In this document: one piece after another, positions 50,793 to 62,790 of the stretch
Numbering within the stretch: position 1 is the first letter of the stretch
Layout of the letters: each line of letters begins with the position of its first letter
NCBI RefSeq assembly: GCF_963921235.1
Contig: NC_086097.1
Location: forward strand, 255,070,001-255,134,000
Reading direction: 5' to 3'
DNA length: 64,000 bases
Source: Mobula hypostoma
Lineage: Eukaryota
Translations under genes and position numbers: made by a program
Notes under the pieces: model-generated
Databases searched by the model: none
Told to the model about the DNA's origin: nothing
The model's input: the letters and a program-made list of their open reading frames with translations, nothing else

Positions 50793-50887
50793 ATACGGCT
50801 TGCCGGAAAGGCACCGAGGTAACTTTCTGCAAGTTTGAGTTCGCAGCCCTGAGCAGTCAGTCTCGGTTCAGAGGTTCCAAATCCACA

Positions 50888-50901
50888 CCAGCAGGTGGTG
50901 C
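50888..50901 (+). promoter_or_regulatory. CTCF-like core
   Basis: CCAGCAGGTGGTGC preceded by GAGGTTCC-9 nt. Confidence 0.55.
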
Positions 50902-52205
50902 CATGATCTGAAGTTTCGGCGCACAGTTGTAACCCAGCTCCAGAAGCAAAGCCATCTTCTCACAATGCCTGAGGTCTTCGTCCACTTGTGTAGCTCAACC
51001 AAAGTGCTATTTGCTGCTCATCTGTGAACTAGCGCAGGCCTGGAATTCAATCTTCATCTTTCCGCATGAGAGTGCTGTTTGGGCTCTGAAATCGAAGATT
51101 TGTAGATGTGCATTCCGTATTCCAGCGAACGTAAATGTGGTTCTCCCCGAGAACGAGCACTTGATAAGCAGGTTTGCAGTATTGTGGTGTCTTTTCCTGC
51201 TTTGATGGACGTGACACGGTCAGGCCCTCCAGTGATGCTAAACTGCGGGCAGTCACTTTTTTCTTTACTGAGCTGCCAGTTCGCTGTAATTATTGTATAT
51301 TGCCAGCCGACGTTGCACCGAGCAAGACAGTAAAGTCTGCTCTCTGAGCTAGCTGTGTAAAATTACACCGGTCTGTTCCGGTGAAGATGGAAGTTTTCTA
51401 TCTGCAACAATAAGTATATCCGATGGCGATCGGATTGTTAATGAAGGAGTTCTGGTTCTTCCTCATCAGATCCTGGTCGGATCGTAAGGATACCCAAAAC
51501 TGAATGTAGAAACGGTGCTAACTGTAGAGTAGTTGACTATGTTTGGGTGGAGAGGGGACATTTCTACTGATCTGAATATGCATCTTCAGGGATATTGGTC
51601 GTTTGGATGTCAACGGAAAGCAATCATTTCATTGTAGGTTTCCATACAAATGTGCAAAACAGATTTTAGCCTCGTTGTGAATCGCAAAATTCAACCGAGG
51701 ATCTCAACGCCAGCTCCAATAGCAGTACGCTGTCCAAAACACCACAAGGATGACTTTCTTCAGCCTGTTGAGTGAATTCCAGATTCTGCAGTTTCAAATC
51801 CAAACCAGTAGGGATCTCCAAACTATGTACAGTCTTAGATGTTAGACGTCTGAGAGTTTCTGATGTTTTCGTTTCTTCTCGTATGTTGGGCTGTCTTTGC
51901 AGGCATGAAATGGTGCTGGAGATGCAGAGTGAAGAAAAGGATGTGAGGCAAATTGCTCAGTCGCTCGGCATGCAGGAGGTACAGTAATGATATTATGGCT
52001 GCAGACTCCGTTGATGTTTTGGATACAGAGGCACACCTGTCATTAAATTGCTGTGTCGCCTGTCGGTACAGAAAGGATGAGAGAGAAGGGGAGGAAAAGT
52101 TGTCATTGACTGCTGTTATGTGCCCCTAGGGTTCATATTTTCTGTGGACTTTCACTTTAAAATGTCGGGAGAATGAGACTGACTTCTTTTGGAAACTGTT
52201 TGAGG

Positions 52206-52245
<40 letters not shown>

Positions 52246-53535
52246 GGAGTTATTTGATGGACAATCGATGTTATGGTTTCTTGCAGCTTGTTTTGAATAT
52301 ACAAGGACACACAGACACACAGACACATGCAGTTAGAGTCAAGGTGGATTTGGTCAGTGGAAGACACCAGTGAGTCGGTCGCTAGTTTAAACTTTCAGTA
52401 GCCGAAAAGGGGTGAGTTGAGATCGATCCAGAGTATTGATAAATGACTATCACAAGTTTTCTGTAACTACAACAAGTTTGCAGGAACAGAAGAGAGGAGA
52501 GATAGGTTTGAAGCAGAAGAAACCTAGTGACAAAGAGATCACTGTTTGGACTCTCTTTCTAAGTAGCCTGTGAGGGTGAGTTTGTTTCCATTCGACTACG
52601 AAAGTGTGATTGTCACATAGTTAATCCACAGGAGTAGGTTCTCTGGTGAGGGGAAAACCTTTGTGAATACCACATGTGTATTTACCCTTGTCTGGGTGTG
52701 GTAGATCACTGAAGAAAGGCACCCCTGTGTCAAATCACTGTTGGAGATATTTCGTCTGTCGTGGAACTGGATGAATGGCTATCACGTTGTGTGTTTGGGG
52801 TAACCGTGTGGCATCTATCGGTGCGTCGACCCTTGCCTGGGTGGTGGTTCCCTTGAAGAGGGTCCCCTTTGTAATAAGCTACTCTTGGTGATAATCCATA
52901 CGTGGATTCTGTTGGAGTATCCTGCGGCCACCACTTTGAGATGACCTGTAGCTGAATTGGGGTGCGGTACAACTTGTTGTAGCCCCGCCCCCCCCCCCCA
53001 GTCACCCTGATGGTAGCTCGGCTTGCTGTCGTCTAGGGAAACAACCCTCGGCCCCGCCAAACTGGGTAATTAGTTTGTGTGGATGTTGTGTGATGTACCC
53101 CACCCCGCCCAAATAACAGACAATACACCAGATACGATTAAATGATTTACAGTTTATAGATATTACTGGAACTATATAATTAATAGAGAATAAAATATAA
53201 AAGGGAAATAAAAGGCGCCACACTTATCAAAGTTCAATCTCTTCGTGCACCAAACAGTTGGAGCTCAAGAACCTTCTTCTTCACCCTGCGACCCCTGGGA
53301 CCACCTCGACCGGCCGCCTGGGACCAACAACGGTGGTCGACCAGACGCTCCACATGAGTCCGTCTCCGTCTCCTCTCCTCGCCGAACGCCCTCTTCGGGG
53401 TCCGACCCCGTTAGCGGACTCACAGCACCTGGTCTATCCTCTGTCTCGCTCTCCCGCCTTCTCCCCCAAAACCCCACGCATACAAATCTTCCATATACAC
53501 CAAAGTCATAACAACTATCCCAATTGGTTCGTAAC

Positions 53536-53742
53536 AAACAACAGGAATTCTGCAGATGCTGGAAATTCAAGCAACATACATCAAAGTTGCTGGTGAACGC
53601 AGCAGGCCAAGCAGCATCTATAGGAAGAGGCGCAGTCGACGTTTCAGGCCGAGACCCTTCGTCAGGACTAATAGTCGACTGCGCCTCTTCCTATAGATGC
53701 TGCTTGGCCTGCTGCGTTCACCAGCAACTTTGATGTATGTTG
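53536..53742. mobile_element. Palindromic Penelope-derived insertion
   Basis: Perfect 69-bp inverted repeat, 53572-53640 and 53674-53742, with a 33-nt spacer. Confidence 0.8.
53633..53670 (-). ncRNA. Minimal type I hammerhead ribozyme motif
   Basis: TAGTC-CTGACGA-AGGGTCTCGGCCT-GAAACGTC-GACTG. CUGANGA and GAAA cores intact, GUC site, palindromic ACGU in place of helix III. Confidence 0.75.
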
Positions 53743-54542
53743 GTTTGTAACATCCTCTTATCATCCCCTAAACCACAACAAGCTGCTAGCCCAAAGCTTT
53801 CTTAGCGTTTAACATAACAAAGAAGCATTCCCGATTATAACATAACAAAGAAGCCATTTTAATTAGCCTCCGCAGTAACATAAAAGACGAAACCCCCTTA
53901 CATTGTGTTGAAAGGATATTAGTTGAAGATCGCTGTCGGTGATATTTCTTGTGTGGAGTGGAACAACTTCAGAGATAAATCCTACTACTATTGATATTTT
54001 GCATTGCTGTCTTGGAATCTGTGTAATATCGACGTAGTTGCCTTCTCACAACATTTCGCATTTGAATTACAAACATCTCGCATTAATGAAGCCGTGCATC
54101 TGAAATGAACTTTTCTTACCTGTCATCATAAGACCATATCAATTACTACCTAAGTTTGAAAAATTTGGGTTTTATATTTCCACACCCATATATGCATAAC
54201 CTCTGCTAACCTGTTTGTTTCATCTGATTTTATGTTACTTTATTACGTAGTTACTAATAAAATAGAATTAGTTAAAAGTAAAAACAGACTCGAGGTGTGT
54301 TCCTTTCTGCTGGTTCTTTATCCCGTTAGGGGGTACGTAACACTGCAAAGGTGAAAATTTCGAGTCAAGCCGGCTTGTTTGAAAGGAGTGTAGAGTAAAA
54401 GACAACTGGCAGATGGTGGTGAACTGAACGGTGGCTACAGCTTGGGCGTGAGTGATAAATCCGGTAAGGGGTTAGAACCAAGAAGCAGGGTGAAAGAAGG
54501 CAGCTGGCAAGGAGTGCATAAGAATCGGGCAAAGGATCCCAG

Positions 54543-54615
54543 CGAGCCAGATAGGAGTCGAACCTACAATCTTCTGATCCGTAGTCAGACGCGTTCTCCA
54601 TTGCGCCACTGGCCC
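54543..54615 (-). tRNA. tRNA-Arg(ACG), array variant
   Basis: As 49833-49905, with C65U (G:U pair in the T stem). Confidence 0.93.
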
Positions 54616-55757
54616 ACACAGTGTAGAACTCTGGACAGCTTCAAATGGCAGTGTGCCGCAGGCGATAGACAGATCTATAACTGCTTGCCCTGAATATTGA
54701 TGGTAACCGCCGATGTGCAGTCGGCTTCCCTACAAAGCTCAGTTTGTAGAGTGAAGGACTGTGTCATAAATGTATCGACCCTCGGTCGCTGCTTCAATTC
54801 GGGCTCCAACGATCGGTTCCTCTTTCAATAGGCAGATCATCAATCGTCTATCACTGAACTTCTCGGCGGCATGAGACTACACTCATTACTGCTCCGACCT
54901 GTGACCAGATGGATTTCAAAACAATCAAATCACAAAACACGCAAGGATAGCTTATCAGAAGCTCGCATTCCAGACCGCTCCGTCGTCACACACGCGGCTC
55001 CTGCAGTACCAGCACTCGTACACTTGATTGGTCTCCAAGGGAAGGGAAGATAGAACTCGCGCCTTCACAGCAGCTGTGCAACAATACAGCTTGCCGGAAA
55101 GGCACCGAGATAACTTTCTGCAAGTTTGTGTTGGCAGCCCTGAGCAGTCACTCTCTATGCAGCGCTTCCAAATCCACACCAGCAGGTGACGCCAGGATCT
55201 GAAGTTTCGGCGCACAGTTGTAGCCCAGCCGTAGAAGTAAAACCATCTTATCCAGTGCCTGGGGTCTTCTTTCACTTGTGTTGCTCAGCTAAGGTGCTAC
55301 TTGCTGCTCATCTGTGAACTAGCGCAGGCCTGGAGTACAATCTTCATCTTTCCGCATGAGAGTGCTGTCTGGGCTCTGAAATCGAAGAGGTAGATGTGCA
55401 CTCAGTATTCCAGCGAACGTGAATATGGCCCGGACCGGGAGGGAGCACTTGGTAAGCAGGTTTGCAGTATTGTCAGTGTCTTTTCCTGCTCTGATGGACA
55501 TGGACAATGTCAGGCCCTCCAGTGATGGTGGACTGTAGGCAGTCACCGTTTTCTTTACTGAGCTGCCAGTTCGCTGTAATTATCGTATATTGCCAGCCGA
55601 CGTTGCACCGAGCAAGACAGTAATATCTGCTGTGAGAATGCTTTCTGTGCCAGCAGTATAGAATTACACCGGTATGTTCCGGTGAAGATGGAAGTTTTCT
55701 ATCTGCAACAACACGTATATCCGATGGCAATCACTATTGTTAATGAACCAGTTCTGG

Positions 55758-55858
55758 GGGAATTTAAGGTGGGGCTTATATGGGAGGCAGGGTTTGAGGG
55801 TCGGCACAACATTGTGGGCCGAAGGGCCTGTACTGTGCTGTACTATTCTATATTCTAT
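55758..55858 (+). mobile_element. CR1 extreme 3' end
   Basis: GGCACAACATTGTGGGCCGAAGGGCCTGT stem-loop and a (TTCTAT)n tail. Absent from the other units. Confidence 0.75.
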
Positions 55859-56710
55859 GTTCTTCCACATCAGGTGCTGGCCGGATCGTAAGGATACCCA
55901 AAAGTGAATGTAGAAACGGTGATAACTGTAGAGCTGTTGACTATGTTTGGGTGGAGAGGAGACATTTCTACTGATCTGAGTATGCATATTCAGGAATGTT
56001 GGTCGTTTGGATGTTAACGGAAACCAATTATTTCATCGTAGGTTTCCATATAAATGTTGATAATTAATTTAGACCTGTTTCGGAATCTCAACATTAACCC
56101 CAAGATCTCAACGCCAGATCCTATAGCAGTACATTGTCCAAAACACCACAAGGACAACTTTCCTCAGCCTGTTCATCTATTCCAGTTTCCGCAGTTTCAA
56201 ATCCCACACCAGGAGTGAACTCAAAATTGTGTGCATTTCTAGATGTGTGAGAGTTTCTGTTATTTCTTCGCCCTTCTCGTATGTTGTGCTGTCGTTGCAG
56301 GCATGCAATGGTGCTGGAGGCGCAGGGCGAAGAGAAGGATGTGAGGCAACTTGCTCAGTGTTCCCGTCGCTTTGCATGCGAGACGTAGCGATGTCATGGA
56401 CGCGGACTCCGTTGATGTTTTGGATGCAGAAACACGCCTGTCGTTGAATTGCCGTGTCGCCTGTCGGTGCAGGAAGGATGAGAGAGAAGGGGAGGAAAAG
56501 TTGTCATTTACTGCAAAGGTGAAAATGTCGTGTCAAGCCGGCTTGTTTGTGTGGAGTGCAGAGTAAAAGACTACTGACAAATGGTGCCGAATTGAACGGT
56601 GGGCTTCAGCTTGGGAGTGAGTGATAAATCAGGTAAGGGGTTAGAACCAGGTGCAGGGTGAAAGAAGGCAGCTGGCAAGTAGTGCATAAGAATCGGGCAA
56701 AGGATCCCAG

Positions 56711-56783
56711 CGAGCCAGGTAGGAGTCGAACCTACAATCTTCTGATCCGTAGTCAGACGCGTTCTCCATTGCGCCACTGGCCC
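56711..56783 (-). tRNA. tRNA-Arg(ACG), array variant
   Basis: Identical to 49833-49905. Confidence 0.95.
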
Positions 56784-57335
56784 ACATAGGGTAGAACTCT
56801 GGACAGCTTCAAGTGGCAGTGTGCTGCAGGCGATAGACAGAGATCTATAACTGCTTGCCCGAATATTGATGGCAACCGCCGATGTAGATTGCAGTCGGCT
56901 TCCCTACAAAGTTCACTTTGTAGAGTGAAGGACTATGTCAGAAATGTGTCGTTCTTCGGTCGCTGCTTCAATTCGGGCTCCAAAGATCGGCTGCTCTTTC
57001 ATTAGGCAGATCATCAATCGTGTATCAGTGGGCTTCTCGGCGGCATGGGACTACACTCATTACTGCTCCGACCTGTGACCAGATGGATTTCAAAACAAAC
57101 AAATCACAAAACACGCAAGGATAGCTTATCAAAAGCTCGCATTCCAGAGCGGTACGGCGTCACACACGCGGTTCCAGCAGTACCAGCACTCGCACACTTG
57201 ATTGGTCTCCAAGGGAAGGGAAGATAGAACTCGCGCCTTCACAGCAGCTGTGCAACAATACAGCTTGCCGGAAAGGCACCGAGATAACTTTCTGCAAGTT
57301 TGTGTTGGCAGCCCTGAGCAGTCAGTCTCGGTTCA

Positions 57336-57366
57336 GCGGTTTCAAATCCACACCAGCAGGTGGCGC
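57336..57366 (+). promoter_or_regulatory. CTCF-like site
   Basis: CCAGCAGGTGGCGC at 57353-57366. Confidence 0.6.
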
Positions 57367-58634
57367 CAGGATCTGAAGTTTCGGCGCACAGTTGTAGCCC
57401 AGCCGTAGAAGTAAAACCATCTTATCACAGTGCCTGAGGTCTTCTTTCACTTGTGTTGCTCAGCTAAGTTGCTACTTGCTGCTGATCTGTGAACTAGCGC
57501 AGGCCTGGAGTACAATCTTCATCTTTCCGCATGAGAGTGCTGTCTGGGCTCTGAAATCGAAGATGTAGATATGCATTCAGTATTACAGAGAACGTAAATA
57601 TGGCTCGCCCCGGAAAGGAGCACTTGGTAAGTAGGTTTGCAGTATTGTCAGTGTCTTTTCCTGCTTTGATGGACGTGACACGGTCAGGCCCTCCAGTGAT
57701 GCTAAACTGCGGGCAGTCACCATTTTCTTTACTGAGCGGCCAGTTGGCTGTAATTATCGTATATTGCCAGCCGACGTTGCACCGAGCAAGACAGTAATGT
57801 CTGCTGTGAGAATGCTCTCCATGCTAGCTGTGTAGAATTACACCGGTATGTTCCGGTGAAGATGGAAGTTTTCCAACTGCAACAAGAGGTATATCTGATG
57901 GCGATCGCCTTTGTTAATGAAGGAGTTCAGGTTCTTCTACATCAGGTCCTGGTCGGATCGTAAAGATACCCAAAACTGATTGTAGAAACAGTGCTAACTG
58001 CAGAGTTGTTCACTATGTTTGGGTGGAGAGCGGACATTTCTACTGATCGAAATATACATCTTCAGGAATGTTGGTCGATTGATTGTTAACAGAAACCGAT
58101 CATTTCATTGTAGGTTTCCATATAAATGTGAAAAACAAATTTAACTCTGGTTCAGAAACGCAACATTCAACCCAGGATCTCAACAGCAGCTCCTATAGCA
58201 GTATGTTGTGGAAAACACCATAAGGATAACTTTCTTCAGTCTGTTGAAGCAATTCCAGTTTCCGCAGTTTCAAATGCAAACCTGTAGAGTGCTCCAAACT
58301 GTGTGCAGTCATAGATGGTAGACGTCTGAGATTTTCTGATGTTTTCGTTTCTTCTCGTATGTTGGGCTGTCTTTGCAGGCATGCAATGGTGCTGGAGGTG
58401 CAGAGCGAAGAGAAGGAGGTGAGGCAACTTGCTCAGTGTTCCCGTCGCTTGGCATGCAGGAAGTAGTGATATTATGGCCGCAGACTCCGTTGATGTTTTG
58501 GATGCAGAGGCACGCGTGTCGTTAAATTGTTCTGTCGCCTGTTGGTGCAGGAAGGATGAGAGAGAGGGGGAGGAAAAGGTGTCATTTACTGCAAAGGTGA
58601 AAATGTCGTGTCAAGCCGGCTTGTTTGAAGAGAG

Positions 58635-59470
58635 TGTTGAATATGACAGTGTCCCGAATTACCCCTATGAACTGTGCTCGATTATCCCTATGGACTGTGC
58701 TTTTGAAAAGAGAGCGAGAGACGGAGAGAGAGAGAGAGAGAGAATTTTAACACCGACCTCTTGTTTTTCAGAAAGAGAGAGAGAGGCGAAAAACTACTCA
58801 CAGTATGTTTACATTTCTACAAGGACGCTGCAACCTTGGAAATTCTCACAGACAGTGAAGAGAGGAGAGGTTTGAGTGGCAGTTGGTACTCAGCACGGGG
58901 AGATAAATAGAAGGTCAGATGATTGACCTCAGACGCATAATTTTGGACACGGAATGAGCTTTGTGCGCACAGAAAAAGTGGGTTTTGGAGGATCGATCAG
59001 TGGCTCTCGGAGTGTGAACAGGGTGTGACCGGTGGGGAATTATTTGTATGCCCAACCCTGGCATGGGTTTATAGTTCCACCACAGAAGAACGGTCCCCTT
59101 TGTTGTGGTCACAGTCGGTGACTTCTAAAGGAATTCGGAGGACAACGGGAAGATTGACGGCGTCAGTTCACCTGAAGACTCAAATCTCTCCCTCTCTCGC
59201 TCTGCATCACTACTCAATTCAATACCACGAACTGAACTTTACTTATCATCCTAGGACAATATATATTTACCCCTAGACGTGAAGAAGTTTGATTTTTCAT
59301 ATATTTCCACACTTACTTATATATACTCTTTGCTAACCTGTTTTATATATCTGCATTTATATTACTGTATTGCGTAGTTACTAATAAATTCCATTAGTTA
59401 ATAGCAATACCGGACTCCAAAATGTTTTCCATTTCTGCTGGTTCTTTAACCCGTCACGGGCTACGTGACA
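58635..59470 (+). mobile_element. Solo LTR family A
   Basis: Homologous to 37551-38333 and ends CTACGTGACA. Candidate AGAG TSD; the left boundary is uncertain by ~7 bp. Confidence 0.85.
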
Positions 59471-59622
59471 AGAGTAAAACATTTCTGGCAGCTGGTGGTG
59501 AATTGAACGGTGGACTTCAGCTTGGGAGTGAATGATAAATCGGGTAATCGGTAAGAACCCAGAAGCAGGGTGAAAGAAGGCAGCTGGCAAGTAGTGCATA
59601 AGAATGGGGCAAAGGATCCCAG

Positions 59623-59695
59623 CGAGCCAGGTAGGAGTCGAACCTACAATCTTCTGATCCGTAGTCAGACGCGTTCTCCATTGCGCCACTGGCCC
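59623..59695 (-). tRNA. tRNA-Arg(ACG), array variant
   Basis: Identical to 49833-49905. Confidence 0.95.
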
Positions 59696-60201
59696 ACACA
59701 GTCTAGAACTCTGGGCAGCTTCAAACGGCAGTGTTCTGCAGGCGATAGACAGAGATCTGTAACTGCTTGCCCCGAATATTGATGGCAACGCCGATGTAGA
59801 TTGCAGTCAGCTTCCCTACAAAGTTCAGTTTATTTCAATTCGGGCTCCAACGATCGGCTCCTCTTTCTTAGTCATGCCATCAATCGCGTGTCACTGAGCT
59901 TCTCGGCGGCATGGGACTCGGCTCATTCGTGATCCGACATGTGAGCAAATAGAGTTCAAAACAATAAAATCAAAAAATACCCAAGGATAGCTTATCAGAA
60001 ACTCGCATTCCAGACCGCTCCGTCGTCACACACGCGGCTCCAGCAGTACCAGCACTTGCACACTTGATTGGTCTCCAAGGGAAGGAAAGATAGAACTCGC
60101 GCCTTCACAGCAGCTGTGCAACAATACAGCTTGCCGGAAAGGCACCGAGATAACTTTCTGCAAGTTTGTGTTGGGAGTCCTGAGCAGTCAATCTCGGTTC
60201 A

Positions 60202-60232
60202 GAGGTTCCAAATCCACACCAGCAGGTGGCGC
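60202..60232 (+). promoter_or_regulatory. CTCF-like site
   Basis: CCAGCAGGTGGCGC at 60219-60232. Confidence 0.6.
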
Positions 60233-61779
60233 CATGATCTGAAGTTTCGGCACACAGTTGTAACCCAGCTTTAGAAGCAAATCCATCTTCTCACAGTGCC
60301 TGGGGTCTTCTTCCACTTGTGTAGCTCAGCTAAGGTGCTATTTGCTGCTCATCTGTGAACTGGCGCAGGCCTGGAGTACAATCTTCATCTTTCCGCATGA
60401 GAGTGCTGTTTGGGCTCTGAAATCGAAGAGGTAGATGTGCATTCAGTATTCCAGCGAACGTGAATATGGCTCGCCCCGGGATCGAGCATTTGGTAAGCAG
60501 GTTTGCAGTATTGTCAGTGTCTTTTCCTGCTCTGATGGACATGGACAATGTCAGGTCCTCCAGTGATGGTGGACTGCAGGCAGTCACCATTTTCTTTACT
60601 GAGCTGCCAGCTCGCTGTAATTGTCGTATATTGCCAGCCGACGTTGCACCGAGCAAGACAGCAATGTCTGCTGTGAGAATGCTCTCCATGCTAGCCGTGT
60701 AGAATTACACCGGAAGGTTCCGGTGAAGATGGAAGTTTTCCATTTGCAACAAGAAGTATATCCGATGGCGATCGCCTTTGTTAATGAAGGAGTTCTGGTT
60801 CTTCCACATCAGTCCTGCTCGGATCGTAAGGATACCCAAAACTGAATGCGGAAACGTTGATAACTGTAGAGCTGTTGACTATGCTTGGGTGGAGAGTGGA
60901 CATTTCTACTGATCAGAATATGCATTTTCCGGAATGTTGGTCGTTTGGATGTTAACGAAAACCAATCATTTCATGGTAGGTTTCCATATAAATGTTGAGA
61001 ATTAGTTTAGACCTGTTTCGGAATCGCAACATTCAACCCGGGATCCCTGCACCAGCTCCTATAGCAGTACGTTGTCCAAAACACCAGAAGGATAACTTTC
61101 TTCAGCCTGTTGAATCAACTCCAGTTTCCGCAGTTTCAAATCCAAACCAGGAGTGAGCTCCAAACTCTGTGCAGTCATAGATGTTAGATGTGTGAGAGTT
61201 TACGTTTTTTCTTCGCCCTTCTCGTATGTTGGGCTGACTTTGCAGGCATGCAATGGTGCTGGAGATGCAGAGCGAAGAGAAGGATGTAAGGCAACTTGCT
61301 CAGTGTTCCCGTCGCTTGGCATGCGGGAGGTAGCGATAGCATTGCCGCAGACTCCGTTGATAATTTTGGATGCAAAGGCTCGCGTGTCGTTAAATTGCTG
61401 TGTTGCCAGTCGGTGCAGGAGGGATGAGAGAGTAGAGAGAGGAAAAGGTGTCATTTACTGCAAAGGTGAAAATGTCGTGTCAAGCCGGCTTATTTGAATG
61501 GAGTGTAGAGTAAAAGACTATTGGCAGCTGATGCTGAATTCAACAGTGAGCTTCAGCTTGTGTTACAGACCCCATAACCGGTTAAAAGAACCAGCAGAAA
61601 TGGAACAGAGCTGGAGTCTGGTTTTGCTGTTAACTAATTCTATTTTACCAGTAACTATGTAATAAACTAACATAGAACCAGATAAATCAAACAGGTTAGC
61701 AGAATTTATGCATTTGTAGTTGTGTAAATTCAAAATCCAAACTTCTTCAAACTTAGGTGGCAACTGATACAGTAGGCAA

Positions 61780-62790
61780 TGTCATGTTCCAGTCCGTAAA
61801 GTCCGCATTCCGGTTCATGGACTGGACCATCGATCCTTCTTCCAGATTTTCCGGTTTTCCCTTGTTCTGTTGGTACCTAAATAGGGCACACGATTCTCTT
61901 TTTGGGCCGGCTAATAAACAGCTCCTGGGTTCAGGTGCAGTTGCTGGACTGTTCCCTTTCCTTCCCTTTCCATTCCTTCTGTAGCACTTGGTTGTAGCCT
62001 TGCCTGCTACCTTTTGCCTATTCTCGCTGTCAAGTTCTACCACTAGAGCAAGACCGGAACATTGCTGCGTCTAAATAAGGAACTGTCTTTCGTTGTTTGG
62101 AACTGTCTCCTTGTGTTCTCGCCTTCCCTAGGTAGGACCGGCCGTTTGCCGCTACCTTGAGTTGGAACTGTCTCGTTGTGTTCAGCATTCTTCCTTGTTC
62201 CCAAGGAGGGGTCCCGGCTCTGTGTTCTGTGTATGAATCCCGGCCCTACATCCTGTTCCCAAGGAGGGGTCCCGGATCTGTGTTCCATGTTCCTGTCTCC
62301 CAAGACCAAGGCTCCGAGTTCTGCGTTCCTGTCTCCCAAGACTAAGGCTCCGAGTTCTGCATTCCTGTGTCCCAAGACCAAGATTCCGTGTTCTGCGTTC
62401 CTGTCTCCCAAGTTCAAGGCTGAGCTTTGTGTCCTCATCCAGTTCTGGTCCCGCGTCCTGCCGCCACATCCAGTCCTGTTGCCTTGTCACGTCTTGTCCT
62501 CGCCTAGATCCAGAGTTCGAGCCAGAGTCAAGACCCAGTTTCCACGTCCCTGTCCAGTCTCTGGCTCGGAGTCCTTGTCGAGGTTCCGAGTTCCTAGTTC
62601 CTCGTCCAGATCCCGCTTTCCTGGTCTAGTTTTAGCCCAGGCTCTGCATCCTAGTCTCTTCCAGGGCCTGTGTCTTGTCCAGCGTCGTTTCTTGCCCACT
62701 TACCTTGCATTCTTGACAGACTTAGTCCTGTTCCTAGTACTGTGTCTGTGTCTTGGACTTGGTTCCACCATCAACGCCCACCTTATGACA
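61780..62790. mobile_element. LTR-like insert nested in LTR B
   Basis: Absent from the other LTR B copies. Possible TGTCAT..ATGACA termini with GGCAA/GGTAA flanks; boundaries ambiguous. Confidence 0.55.
62290..62424. repeat. 36-bp minisatellite, about 3.7 copies
   Basis: Unit TTCCTGTCTCCCAAGACCAAGGCTCCGAGTTCTGCG. Confidence 0.85.

Larger units (their letters stand above)
52978..53902 (-). mobile_element. Solo LTR family C nested in LTR B
   Basis: Reverse complement of 35782-36489 with a perfect TTGT TSD. Contains a Penelope hairpin insertion. Confidence 0.9.
52114..54342 (+). mobile_element. Solo LTR family B (~1.3 kb) with a nested LTR C
   Basis: TGTTATGT..ACGTAACA termini. Perfect CTGC TSD at 52110-52113 and 54343-54346. 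Empty site at 56511-56514. (GA)n tract at 52209-52242. Confidence 0.92.

Noticed and set aside
52209..52242. (GA)n tract
   Set aside because: Ordinary microsatellite inside LTR B.
55000..55035. Second CTCF-like site (GCAGTACC..ACACTTGATTGG) in each unit
   Set aside because: The upstream part fits but the core match is too poor to call without a position-weight-matrix scan.
49833..59695. tRNA-Arg copies as tRNA-derived SINEs
   Set aside because: No tails or TSDs around the genes, kilobases of flank are shared on both sides, and the cloverleafs are intact. This indicates DNA-level tandem duplication.
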